Source of the DNA: Eledone cirrhosa
Lineage: Eukaryota
NCBI GenBank assembly: GCA_964016885.1
Contig: OZ024743.1
Span: 135,160,001 to 135,224,000, forward strand
DNA: 64,000 nucleotides
Reading direction: 5' to 3'
Positions within the stretch are counted from its first letter, which is position 1; every line of letters starts with the position of its first letter. Under the pieces are notes generated by a model. That model was given only the letters and a program-made list of their open reading frames with translations, was not told where the DNA came from and searched no databases. Shown here one piece after another: positions 11,501-24,900 of the stretch. Both the position numbers and the translations under genes were made by a program.

Positions 11501-14500
11501 GGTGTTTGGTGTTTGCCGTTTGGTGTTTGGTGCTTGGTGCTTGGTGCTTGGTGTTTGGTGCCTGGTGCTTGTTGTTTGGTGCTTGTTGCTTGGTGTTTGG
11601 TGTTTGGTGTTTGGTGTTTAGTGCTTGGTGTTTGGTGCATTGTTCTTGGTGTTTGGTGTTTGGAGCTTGGTGTTTGGTGCTTGGTGTTTGGTTTTTGATG
11701 CTTGGTGTTTGATGCTTGGTGCTTGGTGCTTGGTGTTTGGTTTTTGGTGCTTGGTGCTTGGTGTTTGGTGCTTCGTGCTTGGTGCTTGGTGTTTGGTGCT
11801 TGGTGCTTGGTGTTTGGTGCTTGGTGCCTGGTGCTTGGTGTTTGGTGCTTGGTGCTTGGTGTTTGGTGTTTGGTGCTTGGTGTTTGGTGCTTGGTGCTTG
11901 GTGTTTGGTGCTTGGTGCTTGGTGTTTGGTGTTTGGTATTTGGTGCTTGGTGTTTGGTGCTTGGTGCTTGGTGTTTGGTGCTTGGTGATTGGTGCTTGGT
12001 GCTTGGTGCTTGTGTTTGGTGTTTGGTGCTAGGTGCTTGGTGCTTGGTGTTTGGTGCTCGGTGTTTGGTGCTTGGTACTTGGGGCTTGGTGTTTGGTGCT
12101 TGGTGCTTGGTGTTTGGTGTTTGGTGTTTGGTGTTTGGTGCTTGGTGCTTGGTGCTGGGTGGTTGGCGTTTGGTGCTTGGTGCTTGGTGTTTGGTGCTTG
12201 GTGCTTGGTGTTTGGTGCTTGGTGCTTGGTGCTTGGGGCTTGGTGTTTGGTGCTTGGTGCTTGGTGCTTGGTGTTTGGGGATTGGTGCTTGGTGTTTGAT
12301 GCTTGGTGCTTGGTGTTTGGTGTTTGCTGTTTGGTGTTTGGTGTTTGCTGTTTGGTGTTTGCTGCTTGGTGTTTGGTGCTTGGTGCTTGGTGCTGGGTGG
12401 TTGGCGTTTGGTGCTTGGTGCTTGGTGTTTGGTGCTTGGTGTTTGGTGTTTGGTGCTTGGTGTTTGGTGTTTGGTGCTTGGTGCTTGGTGTTTGGTGTTT
12501 GGTGTTTGGTGCTTGGTGCTTGGTCTTTGGTGCTTGGTGCTTGGTGCTTGGTCTTTGGTGCTTGGTGCTTGGTGGTTGGTGTTTGGTGCTGCATGCTTGG
12601 TGTTTGGTGTGATGGTTCTTGGTGCTTGGTGCTTGGTATTTGGTGCCTGGTGCTTGGTGCTTGGTGATTAGTGTTTGGTGCTTGGTGCTTGGAGTTTGGT
12701 GTTTGGTGCTTGGTGCTTGGTGTTTGGTGTTTGGTACTTGGTGTTTGGTGCTTGGTGTTTGGTGTTTGCTGTTTGGTTCTTGGTGCTTGGTGCTTGGTAT
12801 TTGGTGCTTGGTGCTTGGTGCTTGGTGATTAGAGTTTGGTGCTTGGTGCTTGGTGTTTGGTGCTTGGCGCTTGGTGTTTGGTGTTTGGTACTTGGTGTTT
12901 GGTGCTTGGTGTTTGGTGTTTGCTGTTTGCTGTTTGTTGTTTGGTGTTTGGTGTTTGCTGTATGGTGTTTGCTGTTTCGTGTTTGGTCTTTGCTGTTTGG
13001 TGTTTAGTCTTTGGTGCTTGGTGTTTGGTGCTTGGTGCTTGGTGTTTGGTGTTTGGTTTTTGCTGTTTGGTGTCTACTTTTTGGTGTTTGGTGTTTGCTG
13101 TATGGTGTTTGCTGTTTCGTGTTTCGTGTTTGCTGTTTGGTGTTTGGTCTTTGGTGCTTGGTGTTTGGTGCTTGGTGCTTGGTTTTTGGTGTTTAGTGCT
13201 TGGTGCCTGGTGCTTGTTGTTTTGTGATTGGTGCTTGGTGTTTGGTGCTTGGCGTTTGTTGTTTGGTGTTTGCCGTTTGGTGTTTGGTGCTTGGTGCTTG
13301 GTGCTTGGTGTTTGGTGCTTGGCGTTTGGTGCTTGGTGCTTGGTGTTTGGTGCCTGGTGCTTGTTGTTTGGTGCTTGGTGCTTGGTGTTTAGTGCTTGGT
13401 GTTTGGTGTTTGGTGCTTGGTGCTTGGTGTTTGATGTTTGGTGCTTGGTGCATGGTGCTTGGTGTTTGGTGTTTGGTGCTTGGTGTTTGGTGCTTGGAGC
13501 TTGGTGCTTCGTGTTTGGTGCTTGGTGATTGGTGCTTGGTGTTTGGTGCAGGGTGCTTGGTGTTTGGTGCTTTGTGTTTGGTGTTTGGTTTTTGATGCTT
13601 GGTGTTTGATGCTTGGTGCTTGGTGCTTGGTGTTTGGTGTTTGGTGCTTGGTGCATGGTGTTTGTACTTGGTGTTTGGTGCTTGGTGCTTGGTTCTTGGT
13701 GTTTGGTGCTTGGTGCTTGGTGCTTGGTGTTTGGTGCTTGGTGTTTGGTGCTTGGTGCTTGGTGTTTGGTGTTTGGTGTTTGGTGCTTGGTGCTTGGTGC
13801 TTGGTGTTTGGTGCTTGGTGCTTGGTGTTTGGTGCTTGGTGCTTGGTGTAAGGTGTTAGGTGTTTGGTGCTTGGTGCTTGGTGTTTGGTGCTTGGTGCTT
13901 GGTGTTTGGTGTTTGGTGCTTGCTGCTTGCTGCTTGAGGTTTGGTGCTTGGTGATTGGTGTTTGTTGTTTGGTGCTTGGTGCTTGGTGTTTGGTGTTTGG
14001 TGCTAGGTGCTTGGTGCTTGGTGCTTGGTGTTTGGTGCTTGGTGTTTGGTGCTTGGTACTTGGGGCTTGGTGTTTGGTGCTTGGTGCTTGGTTCTTGGTG
14101 TTTGGTGTTTGGTGTTTGGTGCTTGGTGCTTGGTGCTGGGTGGTTGGCGTTTGGTGATTGGTGCTTGGTGTTTGGTGCTTGGTGTTTGGTGCTTGGTGCT
14201 TGGTGCTTGGGGCTTGGTGTTTGGTGCTTGGTGCTTGGTGCCTGGTGCTTGGTGTTTGGTTTTTGGTGCTTGGTGTTTGGTCCTTGGTGCTTGGTGCTGG
14301 GTGGTTGGCGTTTAGTGCTTGGTGCTTGGTGTTTGGTGGTTGGTGCTTGGTGTTTGGTGCTTGGTGCTTGGTGATTAGTGTTTGGTGCTTGGTGCTTGGG
14401 GTTTGGTGTTCAGTGCTTGGTGCTTGGTGTTTGGTGCTTGGTGTTTGCTGTTTGGTGTTTGGTGTTTGGTGTTTGCTGTTTGCTGTCTGCTTTTTGGTGT

Positions 14501-17500
14501 TTGGTGTTTGCTGTATGGTGTTTGCTGTTTGGTGTTTGGTGTTTGCTGTTTGGTGTTTGGTGTTTGGTGTTTGGTGTTTCCTGTTTGGTCTTTGGTCTTT
14601 GGTGCTTGGTGTTTGGTGCTTGGTGCTTGGTGCTTGTTGTTTGGTGATTGGTGCTTGGCGCTTGGTGTTTGGTGTTTGGTGTTTGGTGCTTGGTGTCTGG
14701 TGCTTGGTGTTTGGTGTTTGGTGTTTGGTGCTTGGTGCTTGGTGCTTGGTGTTCGGTGTTTGGTGTTTGGTGCTTGGTGCTTGGTGTTTGGTGCTTGGTG
14801 CTTGGTGCTTGGTGTTTGGTGTTGCATGCTTGGTGTTTGGTGTTTGGTGCTTGGTGCTTGGTGCTTGGTATTTGGTGCTTGGTGCTTGGTGCTTGGTGAT
14901 TAGTGTTTGGTGCTTGGTGCTTGGGGTTTGGTGTTTGGTGCTTGGTGCTTGGTGTTTGGTGCTTGGTACTTGGTGTTTGGTGCTTGGTGTTTGGTGTTTG
15001 CTGTTTGCTGTTTGGTGTTTGGTGTTTGCTGTATGGTGTTTGCTGTTTCGTGTTTGGTCTTTGCTATTTGGTGTTTGGTCTTTGGTGTTTGGTGTTTGAT
15101 GCTTGGTGCTTGGTGCTTGGTGTTCGATGCTTGGTGCTTGGTGTTTGGTGATTGGTGCTTGGTGCTTGCTGTTTGGTGTTTAGTGCTTGGTGCCTGGTGC
15201 TTGTTGTTTGGTGATTGGTGCTTGTTGTTTGGTGTTTGCCTTTTGCTGTTTGGTGTTTGGTGTTTGCCGTTTGGTGTTTAGTGCTTGGTGCTTGGTGCTT
15301 GGTGTTTGGTGCTTGGCGTTTGGTGCTTGGTGCTTGGTGTTTGGTGCCTGGTGCTTGTTGTTTGGTGCTTGTTGCTTGGTGTTTGGTGTTTGGTGTTTGG
15401 TGTTTAGTGCTTGGTGTTTGGTGCATTGTTCTTGGTGTTTGGTGTTTGGAGCTTGGTGTTTGGTGCTTGGAGCTTGGTGCTTCGTGTTTGGTGCTTGGTG
15501 CTTGGTGCTTGGTGTTTGGTGCTTGGTGTTTGGTGCTTGGTGCTTGGTGCTTGGTGCTTGGTGATTGGTGCTTGGTGTTTGGTGCTTGGTGTTTGGTGTT
15601 TGCTGCTTGGTGTTTGGTGCTTGGTGTTTGGTGTTTGCTGCTTGGTGTTTGGTGCTTGGTGCTTGGTGCTTGGTGTTAGGTGTTTGGTGCTTGGTGTTTG
15701 GTGCTTGGTGTTTGGTGTTTGCTGCTTGGTGTTTGGTGCTTGGTGCTTGGTGTTAGGTGTTTGGTGCTTGGTGTTTGGTGTTTTGTGCTTGGTGCTTGGT
15801 GCTTGGTGTTTGGTGCTTGGTGCTTGGTGTTTGGTGCTTGGTGCCTGGTGCTTGGTGTTTGGTGCTTCGTGCTTGGTGCTTGGTGTTTGGTATTTGGTGC
15901 TTGGTGTTTGGTGCTTGGTGCTTGGTGTTTGATGCTTGGTGCTTGGTGTTTCGTGTTTGGTATTTGGTGCATGGTGTTTGGTGCATGGTGCTTGGTGTTT
16001 GGTGCTTGGTGATTGGTGCTTGGTGTTTGGTGCTTGGTGCTTGGTGTTTGGTGTTTGGTGCTAGGTGCTTGGTGATTGGTGTTTGGTGCTTGGTGTTTGG
16101 TGCTTGGTACTTGGGGCTTGGTGTTTGGTGCTTGGTGCTAGGTGTTTGGTGTTTGGTATTTGGTGCTTGGTGTTTGGTGCATGGTGCTTGGTGTTTGGTG
16201 CTTGGTGATTGGTGCTTGGTGTTTGGTGCTTGGTGCTTGGTGTTTGGTGTTTGGTGCTAGGTGCTTGGTGCCTGGTGTTTGGTGCTTGGTGTTTGGTGCT
16301 TGGTACTTGGGGCTTGGTGTTTGGTGCTTGGTGCTTGGTGTTTGGTGTTTGGTGTTTGGTGCTTGGTGCTTGGTGCTGGGTGGTTGGCGTTTGGTGCTTG
16401 GTGCTTGGTGCTTGGTGTTTGTCGCTTGGTGCTTGGTGCTTGGTGTTTGGTGTTTGGTGTTTGGTGTTTGGTGCTTGGTGCTTGGTGTTTGGTGCTTGGT
16501 ACTTGGTGTTTGGTGTTTGGTGTTTGCTGTTTGCTGTCTGCTTTTTGGTGTTTGGTGTTTGCTGTATGGTGTTTGCTGTTTCGTGTTTGGTGTTTCCTGT
16601 TTGGTGTTTGGTGTTTGGTGTTTCCTGTTTGGTCTTTGGTCTTTGGTGATTGGTGTTTGGTGCTTGGTGCTTGGTGTTTGGTGTTTGGTGCTTGGTGCTT
16701 GGTGTTTGGTGTTTGGTGCTTGGTGCTTGGTGTTTGGTGTTTGGTGCTTGGTGCTTGTTGTTTGGTGATTGGTGCTTGGTGCTTGGTGTCTGGTGCTTGG
16801 TGTTTGGTGTTTGGTGTTTGGTGCTTGGTGCTTGGTGTTTTGTGTTTGGTGCTTGGTGCTTGGTGCCTGGTTCTTGGTGCTTGGTGCTTGTTGTGTGGTG
16901 CTTGGTGATTAATGTTTGGTGCTTGGTGCTTGGGATTTGCTGTTTGGTGCTTGGTGCTTAGTGTTTGGTGCTTGGTGTTTGGTGTTTCGTATTTGGTGTT
17001 TGGTGCTTGGTTTCTGGTGTTTGGTGTTTGGTGTTTGGTGCTTGGTGCTTGGTGTTTGGGTTTTGGGGCTTGGTGCTTGGTGTTTGGTGTTTGGTGCTTG
17101 GTGTTTGGTGTTTGGTGCTTGGTGTTTGGTGCTTGGTGCTTGGTGCTTGGTGTTTGGTGCTGGGTGCTTGATGATTGTGCTTGGTGCTTGGTGCTTGGTG
17201 CTTGGTGTTTGGTGTTTGGTGTTTGGTGTTTGATGCTTGGTGTTTGATACTTGTTGCTTGGTGCTTGGTGTTTTGTGTTTGGTGTTTGGTTCTTGGTGTA
17301 TGTACTTGGTGCTTGGTGCTTGGTGTTTGGTGCTTGGTTCTTGGTGTTTGGTGATTGGTGCTTGGTGCTTGGTGTTTGGTGTTTAGTGCTTGGTGTTTGG
17401 TACTTGGTGCTTGGTGTTTGGTGTTTGGTGCTTGGTGCTTGGTGTTTGGTGCTTGGTGCTGGTGTTTGGTGTTTGGTGTTTGGTGCTTGGTGTTTGGTGC

Positions 17501-18960
17501 TTGGTGTTCGGTGCTTTGTGCTAGGTGCTTGGTGCTTGGTGTTTGATGTTTGGTCCTTGGTGCTTGGTGTTTGGTGTTTTGTGCTTGGTGCTTGGTGCTT
17601 GGTGTTTGGTGCTTGGTGCTTCGTGCTTGGTGTTTGGCGTTTGCTGTTTACTGTTTGGTGTTTGGTGTTTGCTGTTTGATGTTTGCTGTTTTGTGTTTGG
17701 TGTTTGGTGCTTGCTGTTTGGTGCTTGGTGCTTGGTGTTTGGTGTTTGGTGTTTGGTGCTTGGTGCTTGGTGTTTGGTGCTTGGTGCTTGGTGCTGGGTG
17801 TTTGGTGCTTGGTGCTTGGTGTTTGGTGCTTGGTGCTTGGTGCTTGGTGTTTGGTCCTTGGTGCTTGGTGCTTGGTCTTTGGTGCTTGGGGTTTGGTGTT
17901 TGGTGCTTGGTGCTTCGTGTTTGGTGCTTGGTGCTTAGTGCTTGGTGCTTGGTGTTTGGTGCTTGCTGCTTGGTGCTTGGTGATTGGTGCTTGGTGCTTG
18001 GTGATTAGTGTTTGGTGATTGGTGCTTGGGGTTTGCTGTTTGGTGCTTGGTGTTTGGTGCTTGGTGCTTGGTGATTGGTGTTTGGTGATTGGTGCTTGGG
18101 GTTTGGTGTTTGATGCTTGGTGCTTGGTTTTTTGGTGTTTGGTGCTTGGTACCTGGTGCTTGTTGTTTGGTGTTTGGTGCTTGGTGCTTGGTGCTTGGTG
18201 TTTGGTGCTTGGTGTCTGGTGTTTGGTGCTTGGTGTTTGGTGTTTGGTGCTTGGTGCTTGGTGCTTGGTGTTTGGTGTTTGCTGCTTGGTGCTTGGTGTT
18301 TGGTGCTTGGTGTTTGGTGTTTGGTGTTTGATGCTTGGTGTTTGCTGCTTGGTGCTTGGTGCTTGGTGTTTTGTGTTTGGTGCTTGGTGTTTTGTGTTTG
18401 GTGCTTGGTGCTTGGTGCCTGGTGCTTGGTCCTTGGTGCTTGGTGTTTGGTGCTTGGTTCTTGGTGTTTGGTGATTGGTGCTTGGTGCTTGGTGTTTGGT
18501 GCTTGGTGCTTGGTGTTTAGTAGTTGGTGCTTGGTGTTTGGTTTTTGGTGCTTGGTGTTTGGTGCTTGGTGCTTGGTGTTAAGTGTTTGGGGCTTGGAGC
18601 TTGGTCCATGGTGCTTGGTGTTTGGTGCTTGGTGCCTGGTGCTTGGTGTTTGGTGCTTGGTGCTTGGTGCTTGGTGTTTGGTGCTTGGTGTTTGGTGCTT
18701 GGTGCTTGTGTTTTGGTGCTTGGTGTTTGGTGCTTGGTGTTCAGTGCTTGGTGCTTGGTGCTTGGTGCTTGGTGTTAGGTGTTTGGTGCTTGGTGCTTGG
18801 TGTATGATGTTTGGTCCTTGGTGCTTGGTGTTTGGTGCTTGGTTCTTGGTGTTTGGTGTTTGGTGCTTGCTGCTTGCTGCTTGGTGTTTGGTGCTTGGTG
18901 ATTGGTGCTTGGTGTTTGCTGCTTGGTGCTTGGTGTTTGGTGTTTGGTGCTTGGTGTTTG
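6680..18960 (+). repeat. Macro-unit copy 1 (~12.3 kb, includes an internal 994-bp duplication)
   Basis: Colinear with 18960-30140. ORF pairs: 6693/18979 and 8406/20692 (offset 12286); 9941/21233 and 12829/24121 (11292); 13864/25086 and 18019/29241 (11222); 18583/29770 (11187). Confidence 0.9.
8580..10570 (+). repeat. Tandem duplication, 994-bp unit (2 copies)
   Basis: ORF pairs 8947/9941, 8951/9945 and 9238/10232 are all offset by 994. Shared markers GCTGAGT (8795/9789) and GCTATTTGCTATTT (9058/10052). Only one copy exists at the homologous site near 21 kb. Confidence 0.9.
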
Positions 18961-21900
18961 GTGTTTGGTTTTTGATGCTTGGTGTTTGATGCTTGGTGCT
19001 TGGTGCTTGGTGTTTCGTGTTTGGTGCTTGGTGCTTGGTGTTTGTACTTGGTGCTTGGTGCTTGGTGTTTGGTGCTTGGAGTTTGGTGCTTGGTGCTTGG
19101 TGCTTGGTGTTTGGTGTTTGGTGTTTGGTGCTTGGTGCTTGGTGCTTGGTGTTTGGTGCTTGGTGCTTGGTGTTTGGTGCTTGGTGCTTGGTGTAAGGTG
19201 TTAGGTGTTTGGTGCTTGGTGCTTGGTGTTTGGTGCTTGGTGCTTGGTGTTTGGTGTTTGGTGCTTGCTGCTTGCTGCTTGGGGTTTGGTGCTTGGTGAT
19301 TGGTGCTTGGTTTTTGGTGCTTGGTGCTTGGTGTTTGGTGTTAGGTGCTAGGTGCTTGGTGCTTGGTGCTTGGTGTTTGGTGCTTGGTGTTTGGTGCTTG
19401 GTACTTGGTGTTTGGTGGTTGGTGCTTGGTGCTTGGTGTTTGGTGTTTGGTGTTTGGTGCCTGGTGCTTGGTGCCTGGTGCTTGGTGTTTTGTGTTTGGT
19501 GCTTGGTGCTTGGGGCTGGGTGGTTGGCGTTTGGTGCTTTGTGCTTGGTGTTTGGTGCTTGGTGCTTGGTGTTTGGTGCTTGGTGCTTGGTCTTTGGTGC
19601 TTGGTGTTTGGTGTTTGGTGCTTGGTGCTTGGTGTTTGGTGCTTGGTGCTTGGTGATTAGTGTTTGGTGCTTGGTGCTTGGGGTTTGGTGTTTGGTGCAT
19701 GGTGCTTGGTGTTTGGTGCTTGGTGCTTGGTGTTTGGTGCTTGGTGTTTGGTGTTTGCTGTTTGGTGTTTGGTGTTTGGTGTTTGCTGTTTGGTGTTTGG
19801 TGTTTGCTGTTTGCTGTTTGGTGTCTGCTTTTTGGTGTTTGGTGTTTGCTGTATGGTGTTTGCTGTTTCGTGTTTGGTGTTTGCTGTTTGGTGTTTGGTC
19901 TTTGGTGCTTGGTGTTTGGTGCTTGGTGCTTGGTGTTTGGTGTTTGGTGCTTGGTGCTTGGTGTTTGGTGTTTAGTGCTTGGTGCCTGGTGCTTGTTGTT
20001 TGGTGATTGGTGCTTGGTGTTTGGTGTTTGCTGTTTGCTGTTTGGTGTTTGGTGTTTGCCATTTGGTGTTTGGTGCTAGGTGCTTGGTGCTTGGTGTTTG
20101 GTGCTTGGCGTTTGGTGCTTGGTGCTTGGTGTTTGGTGCCTGGTGCCTGTTGTTTGGTGCTTGGTGCTTGGTGTTTAGTGCTTGGTGTTTGGTGTTTGGT
20201 GCTTGGTGCTTGGTGTTTGGTGTTTGGTGCTTGGTGCATGGTGCTTGGTGTTTGGTGTTTGGTGCTTGGTGTTTGGTGCTTGGAGCTTGGTGCTTCATGT
20301 TTGGTGCTTGCTGATTGGTGCTTGGTGTTTGGTGCAGGGTGCTTGGTGTTTGGTGCTTGGTGTTTGGTGTTTGGTTTTTGATGCTTGGTGTTTGATGCTT
20401 GGTGCTTGGTGCTTGGTGTTTGGTGTTTGGTGCTTGGTGTTTGTAATTGGTGCTTGGTGCTTGGTGCTTGGTTCTTGGTGTTTGGTGCTTGGTGCTTGGT
20501 GCTTGGTGTTTGGTGCTTGGTGTTTGGTGCTTGGTGCTTGGTGTTAGGTGTTTGGTGTTTGGTGTTTGGTGCTTGGTGCTTGTTGCTTGGTGTTTGGTGC
20601 TTGGTGCTTGGTGTTTGGTGCTTGGTGCCTGGTGCTTGGTGTTTGGTGGTTGGTGTTTGGTGCTTGGTGCTTGGTATAAGGTGTTAGGTGTTTGGTGCTT
20701 GGTGCTTGGTCTTTGGTGCTTGGTGCTTGGAGTTTGGTGTTTGGTGCTTGCTGCTTGCTGCTTGGGGTTTGGTGCTTGGTGATTGGTGCTTGGTGTTTGG
20801 TGCTTGGTGCTTGGTGTTTGGTGTTTGGTGCTAGGTGCTTGGTGCTTGGTGCTTGGTGTTTGGTGCTTGGTGTTTGGTGTTTGGTACTTGGGGCTTGGTG
20901 TTTGGTGCTTGGTGCTTGGTGCTTGGTGTTTGGTGTTTGGTGTTTGGTGCTTGGTGCTTGGTGCTTGGTGCTTGGTGCTTGGTGTTTGGTGCTTGGTGTT
21001 TGGTGTTGGTACTTGGTGTTTGGTGGTTGGTGCTTGGTGCTTGGTGTTTGGTGTTTGGTGTTTGGTGCTTGGTGCTTGGTGCTGAGTTGTTGGCGTTTGG
21101 TGCTTGGTGCTTGGTGTTTGGTGCTTGGTGCTTGGTGTTTGGTGTTTGGTGCTTGGTGCTTGGTCTTTGGTGCTTGGTGTTTGGTGTTTGGTGGTTGGTG
21201 CTTGGTGTTTGCTGCTTGGTGCTTGGTGATTAGTGTTTGGTGCTTGGTGCTTGGGGTTTGGTGTTTGGTGCTTGGTGCTTGGTGTTTGGTGCTTGGTGCT
21301 TGGTGTTTGGTGCTTGGTGTTTGGTGTTTGCTGTTTGGTGTTTGCTATTTGCTATTTGCTGTCTGCTTTTTGGTTTTTGGTGTGTGCTGTATGGTGTTTG
21401 CTGTTTCGTGTTTGGTGTTTGCTGTTTGGTGTTTGGTGTTTGGTGTTTGGTGTTTCCTGTTTGGTCTTTGGTCTTTGGTGCTTGTTGTTTGGTGCTTGGT
21501 GCTTGGTGTTTGGTGTTTGATGCTTGGTGCTTGGTGTTTGGTGTTTGGTGCTTGGTTCTTGGTGTTTGGTGATTGGTGCTTGGTGCTTGGTGTTTGGTGT
21601 TTGGTGTTTGGTGTTTGGTGCTTGGTGTTTGGTGCTTGGTACTTGGGGCTTGGTGTTTGGTGCTTGGTGCTTGGTGCATGGTGTTTGGTGTTTGGTGCTG
21701 GGTGGTTGGCGTTTGGTGCTTGGTGCTTGGTGTTTGGTGCTTGGTGCTTGGTGTTTGGTGCTTGGTGCTTGGTGCCTGGTGCTTGGTGTTTGGTTTTTTG
21801 GTGCTTGGTGTTTGGTGCTTGATGCTTGGTGCTGGGTGGTTGGCGTTTAGTGCTTGGTGCTTGGTGTTTGGTGCATGGTGCTTGGTGTTTGGCGCTTGGT

Positions 21901-24900
21901 GCTTGGTCATTGATGCTTGGTGTTTGGTGTTTGGTGGTTGGTGCTTGGTGTTTGGTGCTTGGTGCTTGGTGATTAGTGTTTGGTGCTTGGTGCTTGGGGT
22001 TTGGTGTCGGTGCTTGGTGCTTGGTGTTTGGTGCTTGGTGTTTGCTGTTTGGTGTTTGGTGTTTGGTGTTTGCTGTTTGCTGTCTGCTTTTTGGTGTTTG
22101 GTGTTTGCTGTATGGTGTTTGCTGTTTCGTGTTTGGTGTTTGGTGTTTGGTGTTTCCTGTTTGGTCTTTGGTCTTTGGTGCTTAGTGTTTGGTGCTTGGT
22201 GCTTGGTGCTTGTTGTTTGGTGATTGGTGCTTGGTGCTTGGTGTTTGGTGTTTGGTGTTTGGTGCTTGGTGTCTGGTGCTTGGTGTTTGGTGTTTGGTGC
22301 TTGGTGCTTGGTGCTTGGTGTTTGGTGTTTGGTGTTTGGTGCTTGGTGCTTGGTGTTTGGTGCTTGGTGCTTGGTGCTTGGTGTTTGGTGCTGCATGCTT
22401 GGTGTTTTGTGTTTGGTGCTTGGTGCTTGGTATTTGGTGCTTGGTGCTTGGTGCTTGGTGATTAGTGTTTGGTGCTTGGTGCTTGGGGTTTGGTGTTTGG
22501 TGCTTGGTGCTTGGTGTTTGGTGCTTGGTACTTGGTGTTTGGTGCTTGGTGTTTGGTGTTTGCTGTTTGATGTTTGGTGTTTGGTGTTTGGTGTTTGCTG
22601 TATGGTGTTTGCTGTTTCGTGTTTGGTCTTTGCTGTTTGGTGTTTGGTCTTTGGTGCTTGGTGTTTGGTGCTTGGTGCTTGGTGTTTGGTGTTTAGTGCT
22701 TGGTGCTTGCTGTTTGGTGTTTAGTGCTTGGTGCCTGGTGCTTGTTGTTTGGTGATTGGTGCTTGGTTTTTGGTGTTTGCTGTTTGCTGTTTGGTGTTTG
22801 GTGTTTGCCGTTTGGTGTTTGGTGCTTGGTGCTTGGTGCTTGGTGTTTGGTGCCTGGTGCTTGTTGTTTGGTGCTTGTTGCTTGGTGTTTGGTGTTTGGT
22901 GTTTGGTGTTTAGTGCTTGGTGTTTGGTGCATTGTTCTTGGTGTTTGGTGTTTGGAGCTTGGTGTTTGGTGCTTGGTGTTTGGTTTTTGATGCTTGGTGT
23001 TTGATGCTTGGTGCTTGGTGCTTGGTGTTTGGTTTTTGGTGCTTGGTGCTTGGTGTTTGGTGCTTCGTGCTTGGTGCTTGGTGTTTGGTGCTTGGTGCTT
23101 GGTGTTTGGTGCTTGGTGCCTGGTGCTTGGTGTTTGGTGCTTGGTGCTTGGTGTTTGGTGTTTGGTGCTTGGTGTTTGGTGCTTGGTGCTTGGTGTTTGG
23201 TGCTTGGTGCTTGGTGTTTGGTGTTTGGTATTTGGTGCTTGGTGTTTGGTGCTTGGTGCTTGGTGTTTGGTGCTTGGTGATTGGTGCTTGGTGCTTGGTG
23301 CTTGTGTTTGGTGTTTGGTGCTAGGTGCTTGGTGCTTGGTGTTTGGTGCTCGGTGTTTGGTGCTTGGTACTTGGGGCTTGGTGTTTGGTGCTTGGTGCTT
23401 GGTGTTTGGTGTTTGGTGTTTGGTGTTTGGTGCTTGGTGCTTGGTGCTGGGTGGTTGGCGTTTGGTGCTTGGTGCTTGGTGATTGGTGCTTGGTGCTTGG
23501 TGTTTGGTGCTTGGTGCTTGGTGCTTGGGGCTTGGTGTTTGGTGCTTGGTGCTTGGTGCTTGGTGTTTGGGGATTGGTGCTTGGTGTTTGATGCTTGGTG
23601 CTTGGTGTTTGGTGTTTGCTGTTTGGTGTTTGGTGTTTGCTGTTTGGTGTTTGCTGCTTGGTGTTTGGTGCTTGGTGCTTGGTGCTGGGTGGTTGGCGTT
23701 TGGTGCTTGGTGCTTGGTGTTTGGTGCTTGGTGTTTGGTGTTTGGTGCTTGGTGTTTGGTGTTTGGTGCTTGGTGCTTGGTGTTTGGTGTTTGGTGTTTG
23801 GTGCTTGGTGCTTGGTCTTTGGTGCTTGGTGCTTGGTGCTTGGTCTTTGGTGCTTGGTGCTTGGTGGTTGGTGTTTGGTGCTGCATGCTTGGTGTTTGGT
23901 GTGATGGTTCTTGGTGCTTGGTGCTTGGTATTTGGTGCCTGGTGCTTGGTGCTTGGTGATTAGTGTTTGGTGCTTGGTGCTTGGAGTTTGGTGTTTGGTG
24001 CTTGGTGCTTGGTGTTTGGTGTTTGGTACTTGGTGTTTGGTGCTTGGTGTTTGGTGTTTGCTGTTTGGTTCTTGGTGCTTGGTGCTTGGTATTTGGTGCT
24101 TGGTGCTTGGTGCTTGGTGATTAGAGTTTGGTGCTTGGTGCTTGGTGTTTGGTGCTTGGCGCTTGGTGTTTGGTGTTTGGTACTTGGTGTTTGGTGCTTG
24201 GTGTTTGGTGTTTGCTGTTTGCTGTTTGTTGTTTGGTGTTTGGTGTTTGCTGTATGGTGTTTGCTGTTTCGTGTTTGGTCTTTGCTGTTTGGTGTTTAGT
24301 CTTTGGTGCTTGGTGTTTGGTGCTTGGTGCTTGGTGTTTGGTGTTTGGTTTTTGCTGTTTGGTGTCTACTTTTTGGTGTTTGGTGTTTGCTGTATGGTGT
24401 TTGCTGTTTCGTGTTTCGTGTTTGCTGTTTGGTGTTTGGTCTTTGGTGCTTGGTGTTTGGTGCTTGGTGCTTGGTTTTTGGTGTTTAGTGCTTGGTGCCT
24501 GGTGCTTGTTGTTTTGTGATTGGTGCTTGGTGTTTGGTGCTTGGCGTTTGTTGTTTGGTGTTTGCCGTTTGGTGTTTGGTGCTTGGTGCTTGGTGCTTGG
24601 TGTTTGGTGCTTGGCGTTTGGTGCTTGGTGCTTGGTGTTTGGTGCCTGGTGCTTGTTGTTTGGTGCTTGGTGCTTGGTGTTTAGTGCTTGGTGTTTGGTG
24701 TTTGGTGCTTGGTGCTTGGTGTTTGATGTTTGGTGCTTGGTGCATGGTGCTTGGTGTTTGGTGTTTGGTGCTTGGTGTTTGGTGCTTGGAGCTTGGTGCT
24801 TCGTGTTTGGTGCTTGGTGATTGGTGCTTGGTGTTTGGTGCAGGGTGCTTGGTGTTTGGTGCTTTGTGTTTGGTGTTTGGTTTTTGATGCTTGGTGTTTG

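Noticed and set aside
18005-20239. Long - strand ORFs (up to 744 aa here; also 1838-3721, 33600-35078, 45389-46852) encoding (KHQAPST/KHQTPNT)n, superficially mucin- or adhesin-like
   Set aside because: Same artefact on the reverse strand. There is no signal peptide, anchor or non-repetitive domain. The ORFs run across duplication junctions, and 1-bp phase slips are tolerated in the array.
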